A stretch of DNA of 62,870 nucleotides, filler included, from Stramenopiles sp. TOSAG23-2 (lineage: Eukaryota), in the NCBI GenBank assembly GCA_900128395.1. It is 14 parts of 14 records of this genome, joined end to end, with 100 filler letters (N's around TTAATTAATTAA, not from the genome) between each part and the next. Parts side by side here need not be neighbours in the genome. Positions count along the whole stretch, not along the records: positions 47,517 to 52,135 come from LT650848.1; positions 52,236 to 56,850 come from LT650849.1; positions 56,951 to 61,565 come from LT650850.1; 11 more parts are not named here. One strand, 5' to 3'. The notes beneath the pieces are model-generated. The model made no database searches and was not told the DNA's origin. It was given only the letters and a program-made list of their open reading frames with translations. The stretch's first letter is position 1. Every line of letters starts with the position of its first letter. Shown one piece after another: positions 48,008-58,437 of this stretch. The position numbers were made by a program, and so were the translations under genes.

Positions 48008-50893
48008 ATGAGTGACAAACCATCAGTAGGTTTATCGGAGGGCGACGTCGAGGAGAAGTCAAGCGATGCTGATGATGTAAATAGAGATAGAAGTGACGTA
48101 TCAGTAAGTCGTGTAAACATTGTGCCAAATGACTCGGATGATGGTACTACCTTGTCTCGTATAACTACAGAAGAATTATCTGCTGATCTTGGTGATGATA
48201 CTATTGATTCATCTGCATCAAGGTTGCGATCATGGACTACCCATGACCAAAAAAAGAATGATGTATTGGATTTGGTAAAACATGGCATTATTACAAAAGC
48301 GCAAGGTGATAAGCTTATAGAGGAATATGAAGATCAAGATAAAGCAAAGCAGAGAACGCGTAGAGAACTTCTTAAAAGAAAGGTTATGAAAAGGCAAAAT
48401 ACGACTGAACGAAACATAGCTGAAATGGTAAAACAAGGCCAATTAACGGTGGAAGAAGCCGAAGTAATTCTAGAAGATATGAACTTAGGAAATGATAATA
48501 ATAACAATACGAAAAAGGGAAATAGGACTGTAAATAGATCGCTATCACCACCACCCAAAAACAAAAAATCACGTGATAATCGCCGTAGGAAAAAACCAGC
48601 TGTAGGCATGGAAAGTTTGAGTGAAAAAACACAAGAACCCAGTGAAATTCCTTCTGCAAAAGAAGAATTTGTTGCTGCTTCACATTTTCAAGGACCAAAG
48701 ACTGGATATCTTTATCACCAAGGTCCAAAAGGTCTAGGGTATTATAAAGATATTAAAAAAACGAAGAGAAAAAAAAAGAGTAGTAGAAAAAAAGAAGCTA
48801 AAAAGCCGCCAACAGCCAGGCTAGCTGTTGGTTTGGCAAGACAGGGAACATCCAATTTATATTTTATTCCTCAACCAAATAAAGAGGGTGAAATTCAAGG
48901 ATTTGTACATAAAAATGGTCCACAGGGAATAGGGTATTATAAAATAAAGGATCCAACTAAACAGCCGCCACCAGCCAGGCTAGCTGTTGGTTTGGCAAGA
49001 CAGGGAACATCCAATTTATATTTTATTCCTCAACCAAATAAAGAGGGTGAAATTCAGGGATTTGTACATAGAAATGGTCCACAGGGAATAGGATATTATA
49101 AAATAAAGGATCCGTATTTACCCTCTGCAAAATATGATGGCAGTAAGGATGGCTATGTGTATCAAAAAAATGGTCTATTTGGAAGTGGTTACTATTTAGA
49201 CAATTTGGATCTTTCAAAAAGTAAGAAAAAAACGGACAGAGAATTGGATAAACAAAGAAAGTTAAACGAGAAAAGAATGAAACCTCCATTTGTGCCTGCT
49301 GCAAAGTTTACGGGGGCGAAGGCAGACTATTTATACAAAAAAGATGGTCCGTATGGAGCGGGATACTACAGAGATGATCTAGAACTTAACTTTGATAAGG
49401 TAAATGATAATAGACAAAAATGGAACAGAAAACTGGATGAAAAGAGAAGACGAGAAAATAGAGAGAGAGAAGAAAGGCGAAGGAGAGAAGAAGAAGAGAG
49501 ACAAAGGAGAGAGGAAGAAGAGAGACAAAGAAGAAAAGCTATTGAAACAGCAGCGAGATTGGAAAAAGAGAAAATAGTACAAGACGCAATACGCCGTTTG
49601 GATTTTTGCCATTTGCGTTCAAAGTCAAAATTCACTAAACGGGGACTGTTATGTTTATGTATGTTTTTATTACTTGGCATTTATTGTCTAGTTGTTTTAC
49701 CAACATCTTTCAGTTATGTTGATATTGATGAATTTGGTATTCGTATTGATCGATATTCCGGTGCTATCATTGATGCTGAAAAAATATATTTGCCAGGAAG
49801 ATATCGCCATGGTGGATTTCAAGACTTTATAAGATATAAAAGTAAGATCATGGAAACACATTTATTTGTCGATGGCGCTGTATATGAAGGACAAGATTTA
49901 ACACCATACCAAATCGGAAAGTATGCAAATAACGTATATGGTCCTGTGACAGCTAGAGCAAGCGGTGGTGAACTATATGATGTTGAAGTGACTCTGTATT
50001 ATCAAATAAATAGCGATACACTGATAGAGCTACACCGTTACTATGGCAGCTACAAACAGGTTAACGAATCTATTTACGATGATGTGCGATTTACAGTTCG
50101 TAATGTTTTATCTTCACATACAATAGAAGATATGTTAAGTAGAAGGATTGAAGTTGAACATTCTTTAAACAACGCTTTGAAAGCTTTAATAGAAAAAAGG
50201 AAATTAACATTTGTAACATTAAATGTTGGCAGAATTGTGATGAGTCAACCAATAAATAAACGATTGTACACAAGAGAGTTAAATACGAAAAAGGTAGATA
50301 AAGTGTTGGAAGAATCGATGTTGTTAAATATAACAAAATATACAGAGTATTTAATAAAAGTTGCAATTGGTGAAAAAGAATCCTATTTAGCGGTCCGAGA
50401 AAAAAATATTGATAATAATCTTTTGATAAAACAAAGATCTATTGATAAAATACATGCAATCACAGATCGTAAGGTAGCTGTTACAAAAAGAAATATTATG
50501 AAAAATGCAACAGTTGATTATTTTCATCGTACAAATGATATTTTGAATAAATCTTTGGCTTATTTAGAATTTTATAAGTACAAAGAGTTAGATGTTGCTT
50601 CAATTGATATGGAAGTATTGAAATTAAAAGCTTTAAATGAGAAAGAAAAGGTTGAGATTCTTTCACCTGCAATATTGTTTAAACATGTTAATATTACAAT
50701 GGCAAATTATTATGTAGAAAATTTAAAAGCTGAAAACTATGTGGCCATTTACAATCAATTGCGCTCTTCAATAGGTGCAAATCGTATTAAATTATTGAAT
50801 CTTGAATGGGTGAAAAAACAAATGAATAATGTCATAGAAAATAATAAAAAGTTCAATTTTGATACGCAATTACCTTCAAAATTTGAGTTGTAA
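48008..50893 (+). CDS. SPFH/Band-7 domain membrane protein with N-terminal G-x-G-Y-Y repeats
   Basis: TM LLCLCMFLLLGIYCLVVL then SFSYVDIDEFGIRID...IYLPGRY...VTARASGGELYDVEVTLYYQ...VRNVLSSHT...RRIEVE (Band-7-like) and a coiled tail; five repeats ending GLGYY/GIGYY/GSGYY/GAGYY. Confidence 0.75.
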   Translation: MSDKPSVGLSEGDVEEKSSDADDVNRDRSDVSVSRVNIVPNDSDDGTTLSRITTEELSADLGDDTIDSSASRLRSWTTHDQKKNDVLDLVKHGIITKAQGDKLIEEYEDQDKAKQRTRRELLKRKVMKRQNTTERNIAEMVKQGQLTVEEAEVILEDMNLGNDNNNNTKKGNRTVNRSLSPPPKNKKSRDNRRRKKPAVGMESLSEKTQEPSEIPSAKEEFVAASHFQGPKTGYLYHQGPKGLGYYKDIKKTKRKKKSSRKKEAKKPPTARLAVGLARQGTSNLYFIPQPNKEGEIQGFVHKNGPQGIGYYKIKDPTKQPPPARLAVGLARQGTSNLYFIPQPNKEGEIQGFVHRNGPQGIGYYKIKDPYLPSAKYDGSKDGYVYQKNGLFGSGYYLDNLDLSKSKKKTDRELDKQRKLNEKRMKPPFVPAAKFTGAKADYLYKKDGPYGAGYYRDDLELNFDKVNDNRQKWNRKLDEKRRRENREREERRRREEEERQRREEEERQRRKAIETAARLEKEKIVQDAIRRLDFCHLRSKSKFTKRGLLCLCMFLLLGIYCLVVLPTSFSYVDIDEFGIRIDRYSGAIIDAEKIYLPGRYRHGGFQDFIRYKSKIMETHLFVDGAVYEGQDLTPYQIGKYANNVYGPVTARASGGELYDVEVTLYYQINSDTLIELHRYYGSYKQVNESIYDDVRFTVRNVLSSHTIEDMLSRRIEVEHSLNNALKALIEKRKLTFVTLNVGRIVMSQPINKRLYTRELNTKKVDKVLEESMLLNITKYTEYLIKVAIGEKESYLAVREKNIDNNLLIKQRSIDKIHAITDRKVAVTKRNIMKNATVDYFHRTNDILNKSLAYLEFYKYKELDVASIDMEVLKLKALNEKEKVEILSPAILFKHVNITMANYYVENLKAENYVAIYNQLRSSIGANRIKLLNLEWVKKQMNNVIENNKKFNFDTQLPSKFEL

Positions 50894-51095
50894 AAACAGG
50901 GGGAAAATTCTAGAGAGATATCTCTATCATATACATACGAGCGTATAAATAATGTAAAATGAGTATGATATCATATCATATCATATCATAGTATGATATA
51001 CATATTTTAAAATATTTTATCATACGATCTCTCAAAATACATTCGTACGATCGTATATTTTATATATATGCGTACACTCAATCATATTTTTAAAA

Positions 51096-51686
51096 TTAGT
51101 CACCAAATCCTTCAGGTGCATCCTTTCCTTTCTTCCATTCAAATTTTGGATTATCCTCACAAAATTTATTAATTTTAACGAATCGTTTATTAATTTCTCT
51201 TTGTGATGGCTCTCTCAGTTTCATTATCAATCCTGCCAATAAAGTCAAACCAGTCGATATAAATGCAAAATTAGTTGCTGTATTAATATCATCGGCATTA
51301 TCCAAATGATTATCCCAATGATATTTCAATAACAGACCACCTACTGTAGCAATTGAAAGAAACGGTGCTATTGGAGTTCCTGAAAACCATCCATAAAACC
51401 CACAAATAGTCATATAACTTGTGAGACTTGTAAATCCTAAAATAGGCAAAAGCTGATTGTCTGGATTAATGATGGATGAGAAAGCACCAGTAGCGGCTAG
51501 CGATAAAAATAAAACTTCAACTTTCGAATAGTGTGGTATCCCAAGTAAACCACCCATAATTTGATCCATCTCGAAACTACCAAATGGATTACCAATATCA
51601 GAACATAAGTTTAATATTGTAAAACCAGTCATAAAGGTTCCAAGTGCACCCGACACGATTTTTACAGCAATTGGTATGAGCGACAT
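51096..51686 (-). CDS. Hypothetical multi-pass membrane protein
   Basis: 196-aa ORF with about five hydrophobic segments. Confidence 0.65.
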   Translation of the reverse strand: MSLIPIAVKIVSGALGTFMTGFTILNLCSDIGNPFGSFEMDQIMGGLLGIPHYSKVEVLFLSLAATGAFSSIINPDNQLLPILGFTSLTSYMTICGFYGWFSGTPIAPFLSIATVGGLLLKYHWDNHLDNADDINTATNFAFISTGLTLLAGLIMKLREPSQREINKRFVKINKFCEDNPKFEWKKGKDAPEGFGD

Positions 51687-52235
51687 TTTCTTTGATTTTG
51701 TATTCTAGTTGATGAAGTAGAGAACACGTATATATGTGTGTATTTTTTATGATTGTGAATCTACGTTTTTACTCTCTTACTCTCCACTTCTTTGTCTTAC
51801 CAGCTTATTATATGCTTATTAATTCAATAATCGTTGTCGAGTTTAAGTTGTATGCTAGCTGGGCTATTAATAGATAAATTACAACGATACACTATTGAAA
51901 AATGGTAAAAAAACCTCGCAACTTTTTAACATCCTTAAAAAAAAAATCCCCACATTTGTGCACACACATTCAATGCAAAAAAAACATTCTTACTCTTCTT
52001 CTATTTGCCACATATTGTATATTCGTAAATTTCATATTACATATATGATATATATATATACACACACACACACATAATAAATTTACGATTCGTCATACAC
52101 TCTTTTTATTTTTGAAAAAATGTTGCACGATTTCTNNNNNNNNNNNNNNNNNNNNNNNNNNNNNNNNNNNNNNNNNNNNTTAATTAATTAANNNNNNNNN
52201 NNNNNNNNNNNNNNNNNNNNNNNNNNNNNNNNNNN

Positions 52236-52381
52236 TTGTTCTCACTGTTAGCACATATTGGATTTTTCCATTGCGAAACTCCGGTATTGGTAGTTGGCTG
52301 ATTCTTTGCAGCATTTACGTTTGATAATGTAATACCAAGGACAATTATTGCTGTTAATATTATGTTTTGAATGATTTTCAT
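52236..52381 (-). CDS. N-terminus of a secreted protein, truncated at the linker
   Basis: MKIIQNIILTAIIVLGITLSNVNA is signal-peptide-like. Confidence 0.5.
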
Positions 52382-52999
52382 GATTCTAGTTTGTTATTAT
52401 TATTATTTATGGAATATGTTATCTCTTAATTGTTTTGCAACTAAACGATACTTGTGTATATATATATTTTGTTTCGTTATGAAAAAATATAAAAGTATTT
52501 TTTAGATTGATGATGTATNNNNNNNNNNNNNNNNNNNNNNNNNNNNNNNNNNNNNNNNNNNNNNNNNTATTGTTATGTATATGTTTCAATTATATACAGG
52601 CAGACTGAATTTACTTATTATGTCTGTAATTACAAAATTACTTAAATGTAAGATTGTATAAATATATTTATATATATATTTATATATATATTTATATTGT
52701 TATCTATGTGTATGCTTCTGCACTTACTATAGTATACTTTGTGGTGAAATATGTTAAATGCGTAGCGCGATTAAAGAGCTCTTACAAATACTTCAAATAC
52801 TTATACCTAACAACAGATATAGTTTATTATATATCTTTACTATATATAATTATATTTACCTTTGGATAATTATTTTACCTATAATGTTTAGACAATAGAT
52901 ATTTGTTGCATAAATATATGACGGTATACTAAGACAAAGTTGTATGTATATATATGTGTGTTGAGTCTATTTTTGTTGTTTCTTTATTATTGCACTCTT

Positions 53000-53116
53000 G
53001 TAGTAGTAGTAGTAGTAGTAGTAGTNNNNNNNNNNNNNNNNNNNNNNNNNNNNNNNNNNNNNNNNNNNNNNNNNNNNNNNNNNNNNNNNNNNNNNNNNNN
53101 NNNNNNNNNNNNNNNN

Positions 53117-53171
<55 letters not shown>
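53000..53171. repeat. (AGT)n microsatellite spanning an internal scaffold gap (N 53026-53116)
   Basis: Read directly; the gap lacks the linker core. Confidence 0.9.
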
Positions 53172-53863
53172 CTGTTGAGATGTTGTTATGTATGATATGA
53201 AGATTTATTTGCAACGTTACTTACCTGTTAATTCCTTCAACAATATGCTAATTCCTTATTTGGTATTTTGTCAACGGGCATTTTTATAGCTTTTCCAGGC
53301 TTTCTAGCAAAAATTATTAACATGGATGTAATACTATTTCCCTTCTATTTGTAAACTTATACCCAACAGCCCAACAGCGGAAGACATACCGTATTGTAAT
53401 TTATATAGCGCAAGCCTTACTAAATTTGGAAAAAGAGTACAAAAACACTTTTTATTTTTTGGTAACGAATTTATCGATTGATCGTGTTTATATGGAATTT
53501 TTGGTTGTAAAAAAATGTTTTCGTATACGTTAAATATAATGAAAATATTATTTATATATATTCGTATATTTTGTTCACAAATGGTCACAAGCAGAAGATA
53601 GAGAAAAAGCTGTTGTATAATGCTATGTAAACAGATCATTTTCGTAAAGCTAAAATATATAAAAAAAATTAATAGCATGGGAATACCATTGGTAGAAAAG
53701 AAACGCAACTACAGGAAATGTGATGGTATGGCAGTGCTAAAAAAAAAAAATGTGAAAATTTCAAATAATAAAAAGAATCAAAAACCGATGAATTTAGGAT
53801 AACAAAACTATACACTATATTTTTTAATATTTGTACTTTGTACGTAATTTATACAATCTCACA

Positions 53864-56470
53864 TCACACAAATAACTCGTTTATTTTCTCAAGATATGTT
53901 TGTATATTTCTTTCACCATCTGCATTGCTTTTATCTCCACCGTATACAATTTCACATTGTTGAAATCGTGTAATTGTCGTCTTGATATTGGCCAATGCAG
54001 GTTTAATCAATATATTTTCTGTACTATCATTGGAAAGAAATAATGATAATTTTTTTCGTAATAAATTAAATTCTTCCGCTGCACTTGTTGATGTAATTTT
54101 CAATGCAGCTTTTGCTTTAGAAAATGGTATTTTAATTTTACGTGATACAGATGCTGTTGTAGTAATAGTATCAGCAGTGGCATTGCCATTGCTTTGTTTT
54201 GCATTTGCAGTTCCAGCATATTCACGTAATAAATCCAACAGTGCTTTCACTGCAGTATTGGTAGCATGTAAAATGAAGGATTCACATGCACGTTTTAATT
54301 CTTGTTCAACATCTTTCTTTGCATCAATTTCATTTGATATTATAGATGGTATGCCATCGTATAAAAATTGAAACACTGCATTATTTTGCAAACTAAACCA
54401 TGTCGATATTCGCTGTAGAAACAATATAAATGCATTTGCAGTAGTGGAAAAATCTAATTGTTGATCTGTTACACTAAAATGCAATTCAAATGGATTGATT
54501 TGTTCTCTTAAAATTAATAAATGTTTAATTAAAAACAAACTAGCATCAACTTGTGATGTCTCATTGCCGATGGAATTACTAGCAGCGATTAATGTCATTG
54601 TACATGCACTTAATGCTTGTTGTGCAATGCTATCAAACACAGCATCATCAACACAACGATATAATTTTGACAAACACATCAATGTAAGATCCAATGTTGG
54701 ATACCATAACGAAGAGGAATGTGCCATGTTTTTATTATCATTATTATTATTATTATTACTATTACTGCTATGATCCTCATTAAACTTTTCTAATTTACCT
54801 GGATAATTTAAATCTGCTTTCGTTGGCGCAAATAATTCAATTTCTTCCAGAATAAATTTTTCAACACGATATACTAAACGTTCTTGTACATCTTCAAGTA
54901 ATTTCCGTGTAATGTATTCCATAGCATGAAAAGTATGTGTACGGCCTTTTAATTGACCTTCAATAATTTCACTTTTCAATATATGTATTAAATCACATAA
55001 TGAATCGATTTCTTGTTGACTAAGTATTAATGGTCGAACAGTGATATATAATGTGTTTACTAACGTTTCTGCCATACTTTCAAACAACTCATTTTTATCC
55101 AATAGACCATTTTGATGTTCTGGATTATTCATGATAGTTTCACCTTGGGCTGTATTATTATTATTATTATTATTGTTCGTAACATTGAAAAAAAAATCTT
55201 TGTATAATTCATATTCTAAATGTAAAATACGTAATAAATAAGACGAACCATTACGAAGTAATTCATTTAATGAACGTGTATTTGCCAATGTTTCCAATGT
55301 ATCTGTTAATAATGGTGTTATTAATGGCTCACGATATTGAAAATATGTTTTTTCACATTCCATAATAGGATTGTACGTGTCATTGCTGTTGTTGTTATTA
55401 TTTGTGGAACTGCCACTGCTGTTCATACTATTGTTATCGTTATTATTATATTTAAATATCATATTTTCACGTTTTTCTTGTGCAATTTTCAAATCATAAA
55501 TATTTTTTGACAAAGTTGAACCTTCCATTTTCCATTTTGAATATAATGGTAATGATTCCAATGGTATACTTGTTGTTTGCTTTGTTTCTTCGGTTGATGA
55601 TGTATTGTTGTTGTTATTATTGTTGTTGTTGCTGTTGTTACTCGTATTAGATGATGCATTTACTTTTATAATTTTATTGGTAATTTCGAATACCATTAAT
55701 CCTAATGCTCGTTTTTCTAATTTTTGATAACTGGTAATATACATTCCAGCTTCTTGATAATATATATGATCCATTAAATATAATATACAATTTTGTATTG
55801 TTGATAATGTTTCATGAAATTCTTTCATCCCTGGTTTTAATACATTGCTATTGTAACCAGTTTGATAACCATCATCTGCTTCTAACAAATCGTCATTGTC
55901 CAATACAACACCACCATTATTATGCTCGTCATCTTCCTCACCACCTGGATTTCGTAATGGTAATCCAAGTTTTGGTCCTAATATAACTAATTTATTGAAA
56001 TGTTCCAATGGTTCTTTAATTTTCATAGCTATATTCTCTAAACGTTTTGATTCCGTTAAAAGGTTGGTGCATTTAACATTGACTTCATTCGTAGTTAAGC
56101 AAGCACTTCGATGTTGTTCAATCATATGGTTCAATTTATCCAATGTCGTTTCAAGATCGTTCACCGTGTTGTTACAAAATTGCACAGCTTGTTCTAAATT
56201 ATTACGATATAAATTTGCTATTTCGTTATATTCATTTGGATTGAAAGTTGTGTTGTTGGTATTGTTGTTATTATTAGCATCAGTAGTATTTACTATGGTA
56301 CTATTACGGGTGTTTTTTTGATCGATTGTTTCAGTTTTTACTTTTACTTTTGCTAATAAATCTTTAACCGATGTTGATTTTGTGTTGTTGTTGTTGATAT
56401 TATTTTTGACATTAAATTGATATTCCCGCTCTATTGTTTCTAATTTTTGTACATGTTGATTATACCACAT
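53864..56470 (-). CDS. COG3: Conserved oligomeric Golgi complex subunit 3 (Sec34)
   Basis: LLEDVQERLVYR, DLNYPGKL, WYPTLDLTLMCLSKLYRCV, LFLIKHLLILREQINPF, DAKKDVEQELKRACESFI. Confidence 0.93.
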   Translation of the reverse strand: MWYNQHVQKLETIEREYQFNVKNNINNNNTKSTSVKDLLAKVKVKTETIDQKNTRNSTIVNTTDANNNNNTNNTTFNPNEYNEIANLYRNNLEQAVQFCNNTVNDLETTLDKLNHMIEQHRSACLTTNEVNVKCTNLLTESKRLENIAMKIKEPLEHFNKLVILGPKLGLPLRNPGGEEDDEHNNGGVVLDNDDLLEADDGYQTGYNSNVLKPGMKEFHETLSTIQNCILYLMDHIYYQEAGMYITSYQKLEKRALGLMVFEITNKIIKVNASSNTSNNSNNNNNNNNNTSSTEETKQTTSIPLESLPLYSKWKMEGSTLSKNIYDLKIAQEKRENMIFKYNNNDNNSMNSSGSSTNNNNNSNDTYNPIMECEKTYFQYREPLITPLLTDTLETLANTRSLNELLRNGSSYLLRILHLEYELYKDFFFNVTNNNNNNNNTAQGETIMNNPEHQNGLLDKNELFESMAETLVNTLYITVRPLILSQQEIDSLCDLIHILKSEIIEGQLKGRTHTFHAMEYITRKLLEDVQERLVYRVEKFILEEIELFAPTKADLNYPGKLEKFNEDHSSNSNNNNNNDNKNMAHSSSLWYPTLDLTLMCLSKLYRCVDDAVFDSIAQQALSACTMTLIAASNSIGNETSQVDASLFLIKHLLILREQINPFELHFSVTDQQLDFSTTANAFILFLQRISTWFSLQNNAVFQFLYDGIPSIISNEIDAKKDVEQELKRACESFILHATNTAVKALLDLLREYAGTANAKQSNGNATADTITTTASVSRKIKIPFSKAKAALKITSTSAAEEFNLLRKKLSLFLSNDSTENILIKPALANIKTTITRFQQCEIVYGGDKSNADGERNIQTYLEKINELFV

Positions 56471-56950
56471 GGTTCTGTATGTGTTAATTCTTAATGAATA
56501 TGTATTATATTGCGTGTGTATGTATATAAGGTAGGTAATTTGCTACAAGTACTATATCCGATTCACTACGGTGTAACTATAAACAAATATATATACATAC
56601 ATATATATATATATCTACAATTCGATGATTCTTCAATGTCTTTTGTACTCTTTTGTATCTCTCTGCATACCTGTGTGTGTTGTTATTCAATTTTATTAAT
56701 TTAAAAGTTGCCTAAGACATAAGACGACACCTATAATCGGGCCCTTATCCATAAAAGTGATGCGCCCACACAGCACTGGTTATTTGTTCATTACGAATAA
56801 CCAGTCCTGTGTACCTGTTAATCCGGAAGTCGGTAGGAAAATATCATAATNNNNNNNNNNNNNNNNNNNNNNNNNNNNNNNNNNNNNNNNNNNNTTAATT
56901 AATTAANNNNNNNNNNNNNNNNNNNNNNNNNNNNNNNNNNNNNNNNNNNN

Positions 56951-57215
56951 TGTACCACATTACAGGCAAACTTGTTTGTGATGTCAATTCATACAATCTT
57001 TTTTGCAAATCTTCCCCAGTTTCTTTATTTTTACCTATACTTGGATGTGTTACTCTCGTGAATGGAATATTTTTCACATAACATATATTTTTGAGACATT
57101 CAGACCATAATGCTGGTGTTCCACGTGACATAGTAATTCTGACACCTTTTTTCATGGAGGCACCTTCTTCCAAAGATACAAAATGATTTGCCTTCTCAAA
57201 AAATGCTTTTGACAT
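56951..57215 (-). CDS. Glutathione S-transferase-like N-terminal domain, truncated
   Basis: FVSLEEG...GVRIT...GTPALWSECLKNICYVKNIPF...LYELTSQTSLPVMWY resembles a GST-N thioredoxin fold ending in the cis-Pro motif. Confidence 0.6.
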
Positions 57216-57922
57216 GTTTTAAGTATTACAATTATATCAACACTGATTGTTTGTTCTTTCTCTTTTTTTTGGTATTAATAATAATGAGTTCTTTCAATGC
57301 TTTTCGTTTCTGTTAAAACAAAATATATGACATTTATCTAACAAAACAATACAATTTGCTTCTCTCATCCGAAGAAACCAAAACGTGCAAACCAAAATTA
57401 AATTTAAAAAAAAAAGATATTATTATTATCCATGGACGGACTTTCATGTGCCCGATTGTTGCCATTCTCTAGGCACCTCACTTTTTTCATCACTTTTCAT
57501 CCTTAAAAACGTTTTAAGGTGGTGTGCTATTTTTAATTTGTTTTTGTTTTTCGTAGCATAAATCTTCTTTCTACCCTATCAACATGTATACTAAATTAAA
57601 TCAGAAAACCTTTGAAATCCAGCAGAAACTCCCAATGTTTTAATAATAATCTATCACAATTTATTATCGTTAGGATGCTCCTTGGCAATGGCCATTAGTA
57701 TGTTAATAGCACCTGAATCAAACAAAATGGATCAGATATATATATATATATCAGTGTACACATGTATCCAATATATATTATATTACATATATCAACATCG
57801 TCGTTCATACAACAGAAAAAAAGTTTATAACGAAACAAAAACTGTGGAAAAAGAAACTATCAAGAAGAACAGAACAGAATCATACAAATATATAATAACA
57901 CAACAATAAATATATATATAAT

Positions 57923-58303
57923 ATGTCACTTCAATTATCATCAACACAAAAAAGTAGTGGTGGATCTGGCGTCAAAGCTTTAGTAGCTGATATGCAACAA
58001 AAAATTGCTGAGCAAGGTGCAACCATTAATATATTAAGTCAACGAATTGATGAAATGGAACGTGAGAAAGATCGTATCAATGACGCCGTTGGTAAACATG
58101 TATTTACATTGGATTCAAGAATGACGAAAGAAGTTGAATCATTGAAAGAAGATTTGGAGCACAAATTTGCATTGCAAGTCGCTGAAAATAAACGTTTACT
58201 AAACCAATTAGTGAAACAGAAAAACGAGCAAGGTGCTATGCGTAAATACATTGAGGCATTGGAAGAGCGTATACGATTATTACAAGATGAAGTTGGTATT
58301 TAA
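57923..58303 (+). CDS. Small coiled-coil protein
   Basis: 126-aa heptad-rich ORF with ATG in an AT-rich context. Confidence 0.7.
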   Translation: MSLQLSSTQKSSGGSGVKALVADMQQKIAEQGATINILSQRIDEMEREKDRINDAVGKHVFTLDSRMTKEVESLKEDLEHKFALQVAENKRLLNQLVKQKNEQGAMRKYIEALEERIRLLQDEVGI

Positions 58304-58437
58304 TCATTATGTTTCTGTTGTATGCTTTGATTTACATGGTACGGGGATTAATGTTTACACGAGTGTATTTATAAAATGTACGGAAGGTAATTATTAAATT
58401 TTTATAAAAAATGAAAAAGTTTTATAATTATTTTTTT

